Shown here in pieces: positions 9,477 to 17,398 of a stretch of DNA of 45,732 nt; the first letter of the stretch is position 1; every line of letters starts with the position of its first letter. The stretch spans positions 1 to 45,732 of the forward strand of contig JAGVNL010000017.1 in the NCBI GenBank assembly GCA_020053275.1. Direction: 5' to 3'. Both the position numbers and the translations under genes were made by a program. The notes under the pieces were generated by a model, which saw only the letters and a program-made list of their open reading frames with translations, did no database searches and was not told the DNA's origin. This stretch comes from a bacterium (lineage in GTDB: Bacteria > Patescibacteriota > Patescibacteriia > UBA9934).

Positions 9477-10145
9477 CTACTCGACTACCACACTCGTCAT
9501 CTTATCCCCAACTACAATCTGATCCACTACATCCATGCCTTCTGTTACCTCACCAAAAATTGTATAAAGATGTGGCAAGGCAACATCGGCCAACATCACA
9601 AAGAATTGACTACCATTCGTGTTTGGCCCAGCATTTGCCATAGCTACCGTGCCGCGCTTGTAAGTCTTATCGTCCTTCAATTCGTCGGCAAAGCTATAAC
9701 CAGGCCCACCCCTACCAGTGCCGGTTGGATCACCACCCTGAATAACGAATCCTTCTTCCCGACGATGAAAAATTACACCGTCATAAAACTTCTGCGAGAT
9801 CAAATAAACAAAGTTGGAAACAGTATTTGGTGCAGTTTCAGGATAAAGTTTAATCACAATATCACCTTTAGCCGTTGCAATCGTTACTTCCTTACCAGTG
9901 ATCTGCTCGGCTGACAAAATGCCAGGAAACGCTAACGGCTGTGTTGTATCCATAATTGGAGTTGGTAAAGATTGAATATTTTCAGCTGGCTGAAGTGGCG
10001 TGTCTGTGATTGTTTCTGTAACAGCTTCGGCAACTGCGTCCTGTGTGCCAGGTACAGTCGTTGTTAACTCCGTCGTTTGCGAGCAACCAGCGCCCAACAT
10101 AGACACCGCCACAAGTGTAAATAGTACCTTAGTTACATTCTTCAT
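9477..10145 (-). CDS. Cyclophilin-type peptidyl-prolyl isomerase, lipoprotein
   Basis: Lipobox LGAGCS, plus FHRREEGFVIQGGDPTGTGRGGPGY and MANAGPNTNGSQFFV. Confidence 0.9.
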   Translation of the reverse strand: MKNVTKVLFTLVAVSMLGAGCSQTTELTTTVPGTQDAVAEAVTETITDTPLQPAENIQSLPTPIMDTTQPLAFPGILSAEQITGKEVTIATAKGDIVIKLYPETAPNTVSNFVYLISQKFYDGVIFHRREEGFVIQGGDPTGTGRGGPGYSFADELKDDKTYKRGTVAMANAGPNTNGSQFFVMLADVALPHLYTIFGEVTEGMDVVDQIVVGDKMTSVVVE

Positions 10146-10189
10146 AGAAATAATAAAGGAGTCAATTATGACCCCTCATTTTTACCTAA

Positions 10190-10456
10190 TTATTCAACTA
10201 CTGGCAAGGCCACAGATACTTGACTCTGTAGCTGCTTAATCTCCGCATCCTTGGTCTGCAAAGCAAAAACAGAAGTAAATAACACCGCCGACAGTGAGAA
10301 TACCAACACCAACATCAGCGCAGTCAATTCAATACTACCCACTGGCAAGGAATTACAAGCGTCACAACTATTCTTACTAAAAGTATTCTGTACTGGAATT
10401 GGTGCTACTAGCTTCTTAGCACGACTAACTGCTACTCTTTTTTTTGGTGTAATCAT
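10190..10456 (-). CDS. Hypothetical single-TM protein with a short coiled-coil tail (an FtsB/DivIC-like layout is only a guess)
   Basis: 88 aa: basic N-terminus, one TM helix, then DAEIKQLQSQ. Confidence 0.4.
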   Translation of the reverse strand: MITPKKRVAVSRAKKLVAPIPVQNTFSKNSCDACNSLPVGSIELTALMLVLVFSLSAVLFTSVFALQTKDAEIKQLQSQVSVALPVVE

Positions 10457-10476
10457 ATCCTCCTACCAACTAATTA

Positions 10477-11253
10477 TTAATTAGATAACGGTAGTGTACC
10501 ATAATTTGTCGACGACTGAAACGCTGCATTCACAGAGCAACCACTAGCCATAAACCACCTTGTAAAAAATGTCAGTGTAAGTTTAGTTTGTACATCGTCA
10601 ACCAACAACACCACATCTCGTGTCACACTCGACTTCTGCTCACTTACTCCAGGCTGCACCGCACCACCGCACCCACCCTGCTGCCCCACACTCGGCAATT
10701 TGATCGTAGATCCCACTCCAGCCTTACTGTACCCAACCGTCGTCACAAATCCCACCGCTCCAACTGGCTTCGCCACCAAAATATCCTTATAAACTTCCAC
10801 AAACTCAGGCACCGTCACCGCCTCTTTCTTGCCTAACGCAAACACGCCAAAAACCGTAGTCGCAACCGCCAGCATCGTCCCGTCCGCAGCAACTACAGGC
10901 GACACCACTTCCCACATTAATGAATCTTCATTAAATCTATACACTGCCAACCCCTCAGTGACGCCCCCAGCATCTACTACCGGGGCAAGCTGCCAAGTAA
11001 GTAAAACCGGCTTAGCAAGCACCATCGTCATTGGCTCAAAGCGATAACTCTGACCAAAAAATATTGTATTAGTAAGTCCCCCTCCAGCTATGAAGGGGCT
11101 AGGGGAGGCCTTACTAAAAACCCCAGTCACCGTCACCACACCATCCTCACTCCTCACTACCATCTCCTCCGGATTCGCACTAAACACAAACCACACGCTC
11201 GCCGCAGCCACGAACACAAAAACCCACAACCACATGACAGACTTTTTTATCAT
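10477..11253 (-). CDS. Hypothetical secreted or membrane-anchored protein
   Basis: 258 aa with an N-terminal signal anchor. It carries the mini-repeat, encoding ASPSPFIAGGG. Confidence 0.5.
   Translation of the reverse strand: MIKKSVMWLWVFVFVAAASVWFVFSANPEEMVVRSEDGVVTVTGVFSKASPSPFIAGGGLTNTIFFGQSYRFEPMTMVLAKPVLLTWQLAPVVDAGGVTEGLAVYRFNEDSLMWEVVSPVVAADGTMLAVATTVFGVFALGKKEAVTVPEFVEVYKDILVAKPVGAVGFVTTVGYSKAGVGSTIKLPSVGQQGGCGGAVQPGVSEQKSSVTRDVVLLVDDVQTKLTLTFFTRWFMASGCSVNAAFQSSTNYGTLPLSN
11076..11113. repeat. Hairpin mini-repeat copy b (inside a CDS)
   Basis: gtccccctccagctatgaaggggctaggggaggcctta. Compare 29744-29780 and 27959-27996. Confidence 0.65.
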
Positions 11254-11298
11254 GCTTGAAGTATATCAGAAAACCCTGTCACGCGGCACCTAGCGTAG

Positions 11299-11421
11299 AG
11301 AACATTCAGATTTGAGACTAGTTTGGGTGCGCGGCTAGAAAAGCTTTTGAGGCTTAGTTAATGCTAAGTTGAAAAAGTTTTGGACGCTGCAAGCCCAAAA
11401 TAGGCCAAAGCTGGAAGTTCT
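11299..11421. repeat. E3-family structured intergenic element, copy a; its outer stem overlaps the metK stop codon
   Basis: Aligns with 36043-36160. Shared core is ctagtttg.gtgcg...gaggcttagtta.tgctaag...caaaataggccaa, with compensatory stem changes. Confidence 0.8.
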
Positions 11422-12457
11422 ACTCAAGTGCTTCTTCCCACGGCACACCAGGCCTGCCAAATTGCCCAAAAACACTCGTCGCTTCATACCACGGCTGACG
11501 GAGTTTCAAGCGTTCAACAATCGCTTCTGGACGGAAGTCAAACCGAGCCCTCACAATGTCGGTCAAATCCACCCCATCGCCACCACGAACAGCCAGCAGC
11601 GTCGGCTCTTTCATACCAGCTGTATAAACGATGGTAACCAAAACATTATTCGCCGTTCCCTCACGAACCAACTGCTTAGCCACCGCCCTGGCCATATAAC
11701 TCCCAGCCCGCGCTGGCTTAAGCGGATCCTTGCCAGCCGTACTCGCCCCACCATGCGGCAACAAACCACCATAACTATCCGCCAACACCTTGCGCCCGCT
11801 CACGCCAACGCCTGCCGCAAAACCACCATTCGTAAACTTTCCGCTTGGATTTATAAGCACCTTCATCCCCTCCACTTGTCCACAAATCGGCACAATCACT
11901 TCGTCAAACATTAACGCCTGCACCTGCGCTTGTTCCATCGCCTCGTCATGTTCAATAATCAAAGTCACGCCAACAATCTGCTCGCCATCCATTGCTACCT
12001 GCACCTTACCATCTGGCCTAAGCCAACTAAACAAAGGATCAGTGCGGCGCAGATCATCCACGCGTTTAGCTAACGCATTAGCATAAACAACCGGCCTTGG
12101 CATAAACTCAAGCGTCTCCCGAGTGGCGTAGCCATGCACCACCGTCGTCCCCTGTGCTCCACCCTGCACAATGGTCCTGGCCACATCCTCAGTTGGCCGT
12201 TCAGTATTCACAAACGGTTCCAACCCATCACTATAACCAATCCTAGCGTAAACTCGTTTTGCCAACTCCGACGCATCAAAGTCTGCTCTGCTATCCACCA
12301 CACCACCAATCATAATCATGCCATGTGAACCTAGCGCCTGCAAATCAAGCCTGCTAAGCGGATCCCGCCGCAAGTACTCATCCACAATCGCCTCCACAAT
12401 CTGGTCACACATTTTATCTGGATGACCTGGGAATGAGGCCTCAACAACTTTTAACAT
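11420..12457 (-). CDS. metK: S-adenosylmethionine synthetase (short form, 345 aa)
   Basis: GHPDKMCDQI N-terminal motif, with MetK-like sequence throughout. Confidence 0.85.
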   Translation of the reverse strand: MLKVVEASFPGHPDKMCDQIVEAIVDEYLRRDPLSRLDLQALGSHGMIMIGGVVDSRADFDASELAKRVYARIGYSDGLEPFVNTERPTEDVARTIVQGGAQGTTVVHGYATRETLEFMPRPVVYANALAKRVDDLRRTDPLFSWLRPDGKVQVAMDGEQIVGVTLIIEHDEAMEQAQVQALMFDEVIVPICGQVEGMKVLINPSGKFTNGGFAAGVGVSGRKVLADSYGGLLPHGGASTAGKDPLKPARAGSYMARAVAKQLVREGTANNVLVTIVYTAGMKEPTLLAVRGGDGVDLTDIVRARFDFRPEAIVERLKLRQPWYEATSVFGQFGRPGVPWEEALE

Positions 12458-12507
12458 ACAGCAAGAGTTTAAGTCATTCCAACAAGGAAAGCAAAGTCAC
12501 AAAAATA

Positions 12508-12539
12508 CCCCGAAGCCCGGCTTAAGCCGGGCTTCGGGG
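12508..12539. repeat. Perfect 32-nt palindrome in the metK-lexA divergent region. On the minus strand it is followed by tattttt.
   Basis: ccccgaagcccggcttaagccgggcttcgggg. The core gaagcccggc.taagcc.ggcttc recurs at 35110-35159. Confidence 0.8.
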
Positions 12540-12559
12540 CACTTATCCACAGCCCCACA

Positions 12560-12595
12560 TTGCGTTCGGTTTTTGTTCGTTATAGAATACGAACA
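12560..12595 (+). promoter_or_regulatory. lexA promoter with a candidate LexA operator
   Basis: TTGCGT, 17-nt spacer, TAGAAT. Inverted repeat TGTTCGT (12574-80) and ACGAACA (12589-95) flanks the -10 box. Confidence 0.55.
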
Positions 12596-12620
12596 TCTAA
12601 AGAACACCTTAGTAAAAAGT

Positions 12621-13253
12621 ATGACGCCTCGCCTGCCAGCAATTACAAAAAAACAGCGCGAAGTTCTCAACTGCATTGAGAAGTTTGTGCAAGACCAAGG
12701 CTACACGCCATCTTACCGCGAAATCGCCGATGTCTTGGGCCTTTCCTCCCCAGCCACCGTCCATCAACACATCAAAGCCCTATGTGAAAAAGGCATCATC
12801 AACACAGGCGAGAACGGTGCCGCCCGCTCCATAGAAGTCGTAGAAACAGAGCCCCTATCCCCCATGGCCATCATGCTCCCCCTGGCCGGCCTCATCACTG
12901 CCGGCGAACCAATCGAAGCCATAGAAGAACACGAAGCCTTCGCCGTCCCAGCCGACTTTGTAACTGACGCCCTTAACTCCTATGTCCTCAAAGTCAAAGG
13001 TCGCTCCATGATCGAAGACGGCATCTTCGACGGCGACTATGTCATAATCGAACGCAATCATTCACCCAAAAACGGCGACATCGTCGTCGCTTTACTCGAC
13101 AATGCCTATGCCACACTCAAACGCTTTTACCGCGAAGATAAATATATCCGACTTCAGCCCGCCAACAGCACCATGAAACCCATCATCATCAAGGGCGATC
13201 TCAACATTCAAGGCATAGTCCGCGCCGTCATCCGCAAATTCAACACCATCTAA
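12621..13253 (+). CDS. lexA: LexA repressor (S24 peptidase)
   Basis: wHTH (SPATVHQHIKALCEKG), A-G cleavage site, GRSM catalytic Ser and LKRF Lys. The ATG at 12621 is preferred because the TTG at 12573 lies inside the operator. Confidence 0.9.
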   Translation: MTPRLPAITKKQREVLNCIEKFVQDQGYTPSYREIADVLGLSSPATVHQHIKALCEKGIINTGENGAARSIEVVETEPLSPMAIMLPLAGLITAGEPIEAIEEHEAFAVPADFVTDALNSYVLKVKGRSMIEDGIFDGDYVIIERNHSPKNGDIVVALLDNAYATLKRFYREDKYIRLQPANSTMKPIIIKGDLNIQGIVRAVIRKFNTI

Positions 13254-13273
13254 CACTAACTAAAGAAAATCTT

Positions 13274-13441
13274 ATGACCAACCTAACTCTCCGTCACTAC
13301 AATGTGACGCTTGCTTATCGCACCCGCCGCCTAACCCGCTCTCTCGCCTCGCTCAAACTCCGCCTCCGTCTCAACATCTCGCTGCGCAAATTCCGCGCCC
13401 AACTTCGTGCTTTGCTTCCTCTTCGTCTTCTAATCACCTAG
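13274..13441 (+). CDS. Small Arg/Leu-rich ORF (55 aa) between lexA and the next ORF; coding status uncertain
   Basis: Read by hand as MTNLTLRHYNVTLAYRTRRLTRSLASLKLRLRLNISLRKFRAQLRALLPLRLLIT. The stop lies 2 nt before the next ATG. The region is strongly pyrimidine-rich. Confidence 0.3.
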   Translation: MTNLTLRHYNVTLAYRTRRLTRSLASLKLRLRLNISLRKFRAQLRALLPLRLLIT

Positions 13442-13443
13442 CT

Positions 13444-13689
13444 ATGCACGAATTCATGCATGACCCAATAGAAGTCACCGTCAGCTTCTGCGGCGCACGC
13501 GTCAAACCAACCTCAATAACTTGGAACAACCGTCACTATTCAATCCCCCATGTCAACCTAGTCCACAATACTTTAGAAGGCCAAAACCGCATCTTTTATT
13601 TCTCCGTTTCTGACGCCACAAACTTCATGAAACTCCGTTTCGACACCTCTACTCTTAGCTGGCACATAATCGAACTCTATGCAGAATAA
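13444..13689 (+). CDS. Hypothetical 81-aa protein in the lexA-dinB cassette
   Basis: ORF with beta-rich-looking sequence (ITWNNRHYSI...RIFYFSV...LSWHIIELY), tightly coupled upstream. Confidence 0.5.
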   Translation: MHEFMHDPIEVTVSFCGARVKPTSITWNNRHYSIPHVNLVHNTLEGQNRIFYFSVSDATNFMKLRFDTSTLSWHIIELYAE

Positions 13690-13743
13690 CCTTACAACCT
13701 CTACTCTCGAACAAGACTTTCTAACAACCTAAAATCCCTACAA

Positions 13744-13920
13744 TTTTTATTAAGCCTGAGCCCTGTAAGAGCGAGCCACTTCGGTCGCGACCGACGTGGC
13801 GAGCGACTGTCATGTCTCCTGCGCCAAGCGACGGCCGACCCGAGAAACTCATGCCCCGCCGCATATTCTTACCGGTCGAGGCGAATTTTTAAGAGTTTCT
13901 GGGCTGAGGCCTTGAGCTAG
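13744..13920. repeat. E2-family structured intergenic element, copy a (between the 81-aa ORF and dinB)
   Basis: Shares gcgagcgactg..tgtctcctg...ggccgacc.gagaaa and ttctgggctgaggcc with 27768-27942. The stem is 13833-50 paired with 13893-911. Confidence 0.8.
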
Positions 13921-13930
13921 AAACTATGAT

Positions 13931-15163
13931 ATGAACAAAATCATCATGCACATCGACTTCAATAGCTACTTCGCGAGCGTGGAGCAGCAGGCCAACCCCC
14001 ACCTTCGCGGGAAAGCTATTGCAGTTGCCGGGAAAGCTGGTGGCGACATTACTCGTTCGGTCGTCACTACTGCCTCTCGCGAAGCAAAAGCTCGTGGTGT
14101 AAAAACCGCCATGGCTACCTGGCAAGCCAAAAAACTCTGCCCAGAACTCATCATTATCCCCGGCGATCCTCAAAAATATGCGGAAGTTACTGCTCGCTTC
14201 CTCATAGTCTGTAATAAATACGCCGACGCTGTAGAGCAGTTCAGCACAGACGAAGTCTTCATTGATGTTACAACTGCTGCCGACAATTATTTCGGCGCAA
14301 GTATGCTGGCACTCATGATCCGCCGCGATCTCAAAGCCGCCTGCAGTTCAGTCTGTACAGTCTCTATCGGCATCGCCCCTAATAAACTAGTTGCCAAACT
14401 TGCCTCAGAATCAGTCAAACCAAACGGCCTCACAGTAGTCCGTCCGCACGAAGTAGCAGATTTTGTAAAAAGCCGCCCGCTAGCAGACTTCTGCGGCCTT
14501 GGTCACAGCACAGAAAAACGCCTAGCGGAAATCGGCGTCACCTCAGTAGAAACTCTGCGCGCTGTACCTCGTGCTAAACTAATTAACCTCTTCCAAAGCC
14601 ACGGCACCTGGCTGGCCGACGCTGCTCACGGTCTGGCTACTGACATCCTAGAAGATGACAACGCAGCACCAAAATCAATCGGCCACTCTTACACCTTTCC
14701 GCACGATCTCCACACACTCCCAGAAATAAAAAAGAATCTCCTCGCCATGTGCGACCGCGTAGCCTGGCGCTTGCGTCAACAAAAAATGGTCGCTCTTCGC
14801 CTAGCAGTTTATGTTCGCTACGGTAACTTTGGTAGTGACGGTTGCTCAAAACTTCTAAACACTCCCATTAGCGACGGCCTAACAATCAGCCAAAACGCCT
14901 GGGCGCTTCTTTCACCTCACCTAAATCTCACTCGCGGCATTCGCCTAATTAGCATCTCCGTCAGCGAATTCCGTACCATCAAACTCCCCACCTCACTCTT
15001 CCGTAAAGACCAAAAAATGCAACGCGTTGTGAACGCCCTCGACACCGTCCAAACTAAATTCGGCACTAACGCCTGGCACCGCGCCAGCACCGTCCACACC
15101 AAATTCCTCGAACGCACCTCCGGCTGGCACTACGATCACCTCGCTATGGCTAATAAATCCTAA
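13931..15163 (+). CDS. dinB: Y-family DNA polymerase IV
   Basis: HIDFNSYFASVEQ, STDEVFIDVT (catalytic D-E), and little-finger-length C-terminus. 410 aa. Confidence 0.9.
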   Translation: MNKIIMHIDFNSYFASVEQQANPHLRGKAIAVAGKAGGDITRSVVTTASREAKARGVKTAMATWQAKKLCPELIIIPGDPQKYAEVTARFLIVCNKYADAVEQFSTDEVFIDVTTAADNYFGASMLALMIRRDLKAACSSVCTVSIGIAPNKLVAKLASESVKPNGLTVVRPHEVADFVKSRPLADFCGLGHSTEKRLAEIGVTSVETLRAVPRAKLINLFQSHGTWLADAAHGLATDILEDDNAAPKSIGHSYTFPHDLHTLPEIKKNLLAMCDRVAWRLRQQKMVALRLAVYVRYGNFGSDGCSKLLNTPISDGLTISQNAWALLSPHLNLTRGIRLISISVSEFRTIKLPTSLFRKDQKMQRVVNALDTVQTKFGTNAWHRASTVHTKFLERTSGWHYDHLAMANKS

Positions 15164-15173
15164 ACTCGTAAAC

Positions 15174-15344
15174 TTTTTATTGAGCCTAAAAAGCCAAGTA
15201 GCAAGGGGCAGGCCCAACCTCCTGTAGTCGGGTGACGCGAGCCAGGTCCCCTGCCGGGCGCGCAACGCAGTGAGCACCTGGGAGGGTGGCCAAGCGGCAG
15301 GACCCGACGAATTCTCGTACCCCGAGCCTTGGCCTCAGCGAGCG
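15174..15344. repeat. E4 GC-rich structured intergenic element (single copy here, shares modules with E1/E2)
   Basis: Starts with tttttattgagcc. Contains ctgtagtc, and the reverse complement of gctgaggcc. Ends 1 nt before the eno stop. Confidence 0.6.
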
Positions 15345-15345
15345 T

Positions 15346-16611
15346 TCAACCCATCAACTCTTCTTCAATCTCCAACAGCCTATTATACTTCGCCAATCTT
15401 TCTGAACGCGATGGCGCACCACTTTTAATGTACTCAGCGTTTACTGCCACAGCTAGGTCAGCGATTGTGGTATCACAAGTCTCGCCCGACCGATGCGAAA
15501 TAACAATCTTGTATTTATTCGCTTGCGCTAGCAAAATCGTATCAATTGTTTCTGATAGCGTTCCAATCTGATTCGGTTTAATTAATACAGCATTGGCTAC
15601 TTTCTCCTCAATCCCCCGCTGTACTCTCTCAACATTCGTCACAAACAAATCATCACCAACCAGCAGCATCTTTTTGCCAAGCCTTTTAGTAAGCGTCGCC
15701 CAATCCTCCCAAGCATCTTCCGCCAACCCATCCTCTACAGAAAGCAATGGATACTTATTCATCCACTGCTCATACAAATCAATCATCTGTGTACCAGACA
15801 ACTTCCGCCTGTCAGTCTTGAGCACATAAATCCCCTTCTTCTCGTCAAAAAATTCACTAGCCGCCACATCAATCCCAAAGCCAACCTCCTTACCAAGCTT
15901 ATAACCAGCCTTCTTCGTCGCCTTCGTTAAATACTCAAGCGCGCTCTCGGTCTTGCCGACATCTGGTGCATAGCCACCTTCATTACCAACATCTGTATCC
16001 ATTCCGTCAGCATGGAGTACCTCACCGAGCGCATGGAATATTTCACTCCCAGCTTGTACCTTACGCGAATACCTGGCAAAACCATGCGGAATAATAATGA
16101 ACTCCTGCATATCAAGGTTTGTGTCAGCGTGTCGCCCACCATTAAACACATTCATGAACGGCGTCGGCAAACGGTAACCCTTGTACTGCAAAGCAAACGC
16201 CTCTCGCAAATACTCATACAACGGCAAATCACTACACTTGGCCGCAGCATGAACAGCAGCCATCGAGACGCCCAAAATAGCATTTGCTCCCAGCTTATGC
16301 TTGTTCACGCTGCCGTCGAGTATTCGCATGGTGTCGTCCAGCCCGCGTTGATCAAAAACATCATGCCCCTTGAGCGCTTTATCGATGTTGATATTTACAT
16401 TCTTGATTGCCTTCCTTACGCCAAGCCCACGGTAACGAGTCGGGTCGCCGTCACGCAATTCTAACGCCTCATGTATTCCCGTAGAAGCACCAGACGGCAC
16501 CGAGGCACTGCCCCGAGTACCGTCCCGCAGAACAACAGTTACATTCAGCGTCGGGTTACCACGCGAATCCAATATTTCATGCGCATGAATAGCCTCAATC
16601 TTCTCTTTCAT
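15346..16611 (-). CDS. eno: Enolase
   Basis: 421 aa with SRGNPT, SHRSGETCD and IKPNQIGT motifs. Confidence 0.95.
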   Translation of the reverse strand: MKEKIEAIHAHEILDSRGNPTLNVTVVLRDGTRGSASVPSGASTGIHEALELRDGDPTRYRGLGVRKAIKNVNINIDKALKGHDVFDQRGLDDTMRILDGSVNKHKLGANAILGVSMAAVHAAAKCSDLPLYEYLREAFALQYKGYRLPTPFMNVFNGGRHADTNLDMQEFIIIPHGFARYSRKVQAGSEIFHALGEVLHADGMDTDVGNEGGYAPDVGKTESALEYLTKATKKAGYKLGKEVGFGIDVAASEFFDEKKGIYVLKTDRRKLSGTQMIDLYEQWMNKYPLLSVEDGLAEDAWEDWATLTKRLGKKMLLVGDDLFVTNVERVQRGIEEKVANAVLIKPNQIGTLSETIDTILLAQANKYKIVISHRSGETCDTTIADLAVAVNAEYIKSGAPSRSERLAKYNRLLEIEEELMG

Positions 16612-16612
16612 A

Positions 16613-17398
16613 CTATTTTAAGCCGTAAGTAATGGTCACATCAATAATCGACTCATTCGTACCCTCAGCAATAGTTGGCTCTGGGCCACCACCAATAGCC
16701 TTGGAGTCTGCAGTCAAACCGTAATATGGGTATGGCATGCTACCAGCTGACTCATAGTAACTCACCACAGCACCAACTTTTTGACCCATAGCCCGGGCAA
16801 TATTCGCCGCCTGTACATAGGCCTTAGCAATCGCTTCTGTTCTGGCTTCTTGCTCGACCAAAGTTGTGTCGGAGACCGTCAGTTGTAACTGACCAATGCT
16901 CGTCACACCAAGGTCGCCAGCTGCCGCCAAAACTACCGAGCCCAAACTAGTATCACTCATAGTTACCGTCAAACTCTGCGTCGCTTGATAACCAGTAATT
17001 ACCGCTGGGCTAACATCATAATTATAAGTTGGATATAAATTATATTGCGAGGTCTGCAAATCAGCATCTTTCAACCCCAGTTCTTTCATCTTAGCAAGCA
17101 ACGCATTCATTTTGACGCTGTTCGCATCCTGCGCTTCATTGCTCGTAGTTCCCTCCATCATAATACTCAAATTCACCTCAGCTTGATCTGGTTTCTGCGT
17201 GGCATTACCCTCGGCCGTCACCGTAATACTGGCTGGCATCTGGTCTGCAATCCCAACATTGTCGGCCTCCGCAATAGTTTTATCAATTTGTACAAACAGC
17301 CACACGATTCCATAAACCATCAAGATACCAAGCAACACAGTAAACAACTTGTTACTCTTCCACTCCGGCCAAAAACTGCTCTGCATTGGATTCGCCAT
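16613..17398 (-). CDS. SIMPL (DUF541) domain protein with an N-terminal TM anchor
   Basis: The internal ATG at 17398 is preceded by TATAAT and TGCTATACT boxes. TM helix, then a SIMPL-like periplasmic domain. The stop lies 1 nt from the eno start. Confidence 0.7.
   Translation of the reverse strand: MANPMQSSFWPEWKSNKLFTVLLGILMVYGIVWLFVQIDKTIAEADNVGIADQMPASITVTAEGNATQKPDQAEVNLSIMMEGTTSNEAQDANSVKMNALLAKMKELGLKDADLQTSQYNLYPTYNYDVSPAVITGYQATQSLTVTMSDTSLGSVVLAAAGDLGVTSIGQLQLTVSDTTLVEQEARTEAIAKAYVQAANIARAMGQKVGAVVSYYESAGSMPYPYYGLTADSKAIGGGPEPTIAEGTNESIIDVTITYGLK

Noticed and set aside
11369-11914. A 181-aa plus-strand ORF begins in the E3 element and runs antisense to metK.
   Set aside because: Its translation is Arg/Thr/His-rich nonsense. 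It overlaps a conserved enzyme gene and starts inside a non-coding repeat.
12458-12660. There could be a SAM riboswitch upstream of metK.
   Set aside because: I could not find the conserved SAM-I, SAM-II or other SAM aptamer core sequences by eye. Only the terminator-like hairpin is supported, and it is reported as a candidate attenuator instead.
13744-15344. The repeated GC-rich intergenic elements could form a CRISPR array.
   Set aside because: There are no short direct repeats with regular spacers. The elements are 120-180 nt long, internally palindromic and dispersed between genes. No cas genes are present in the window.
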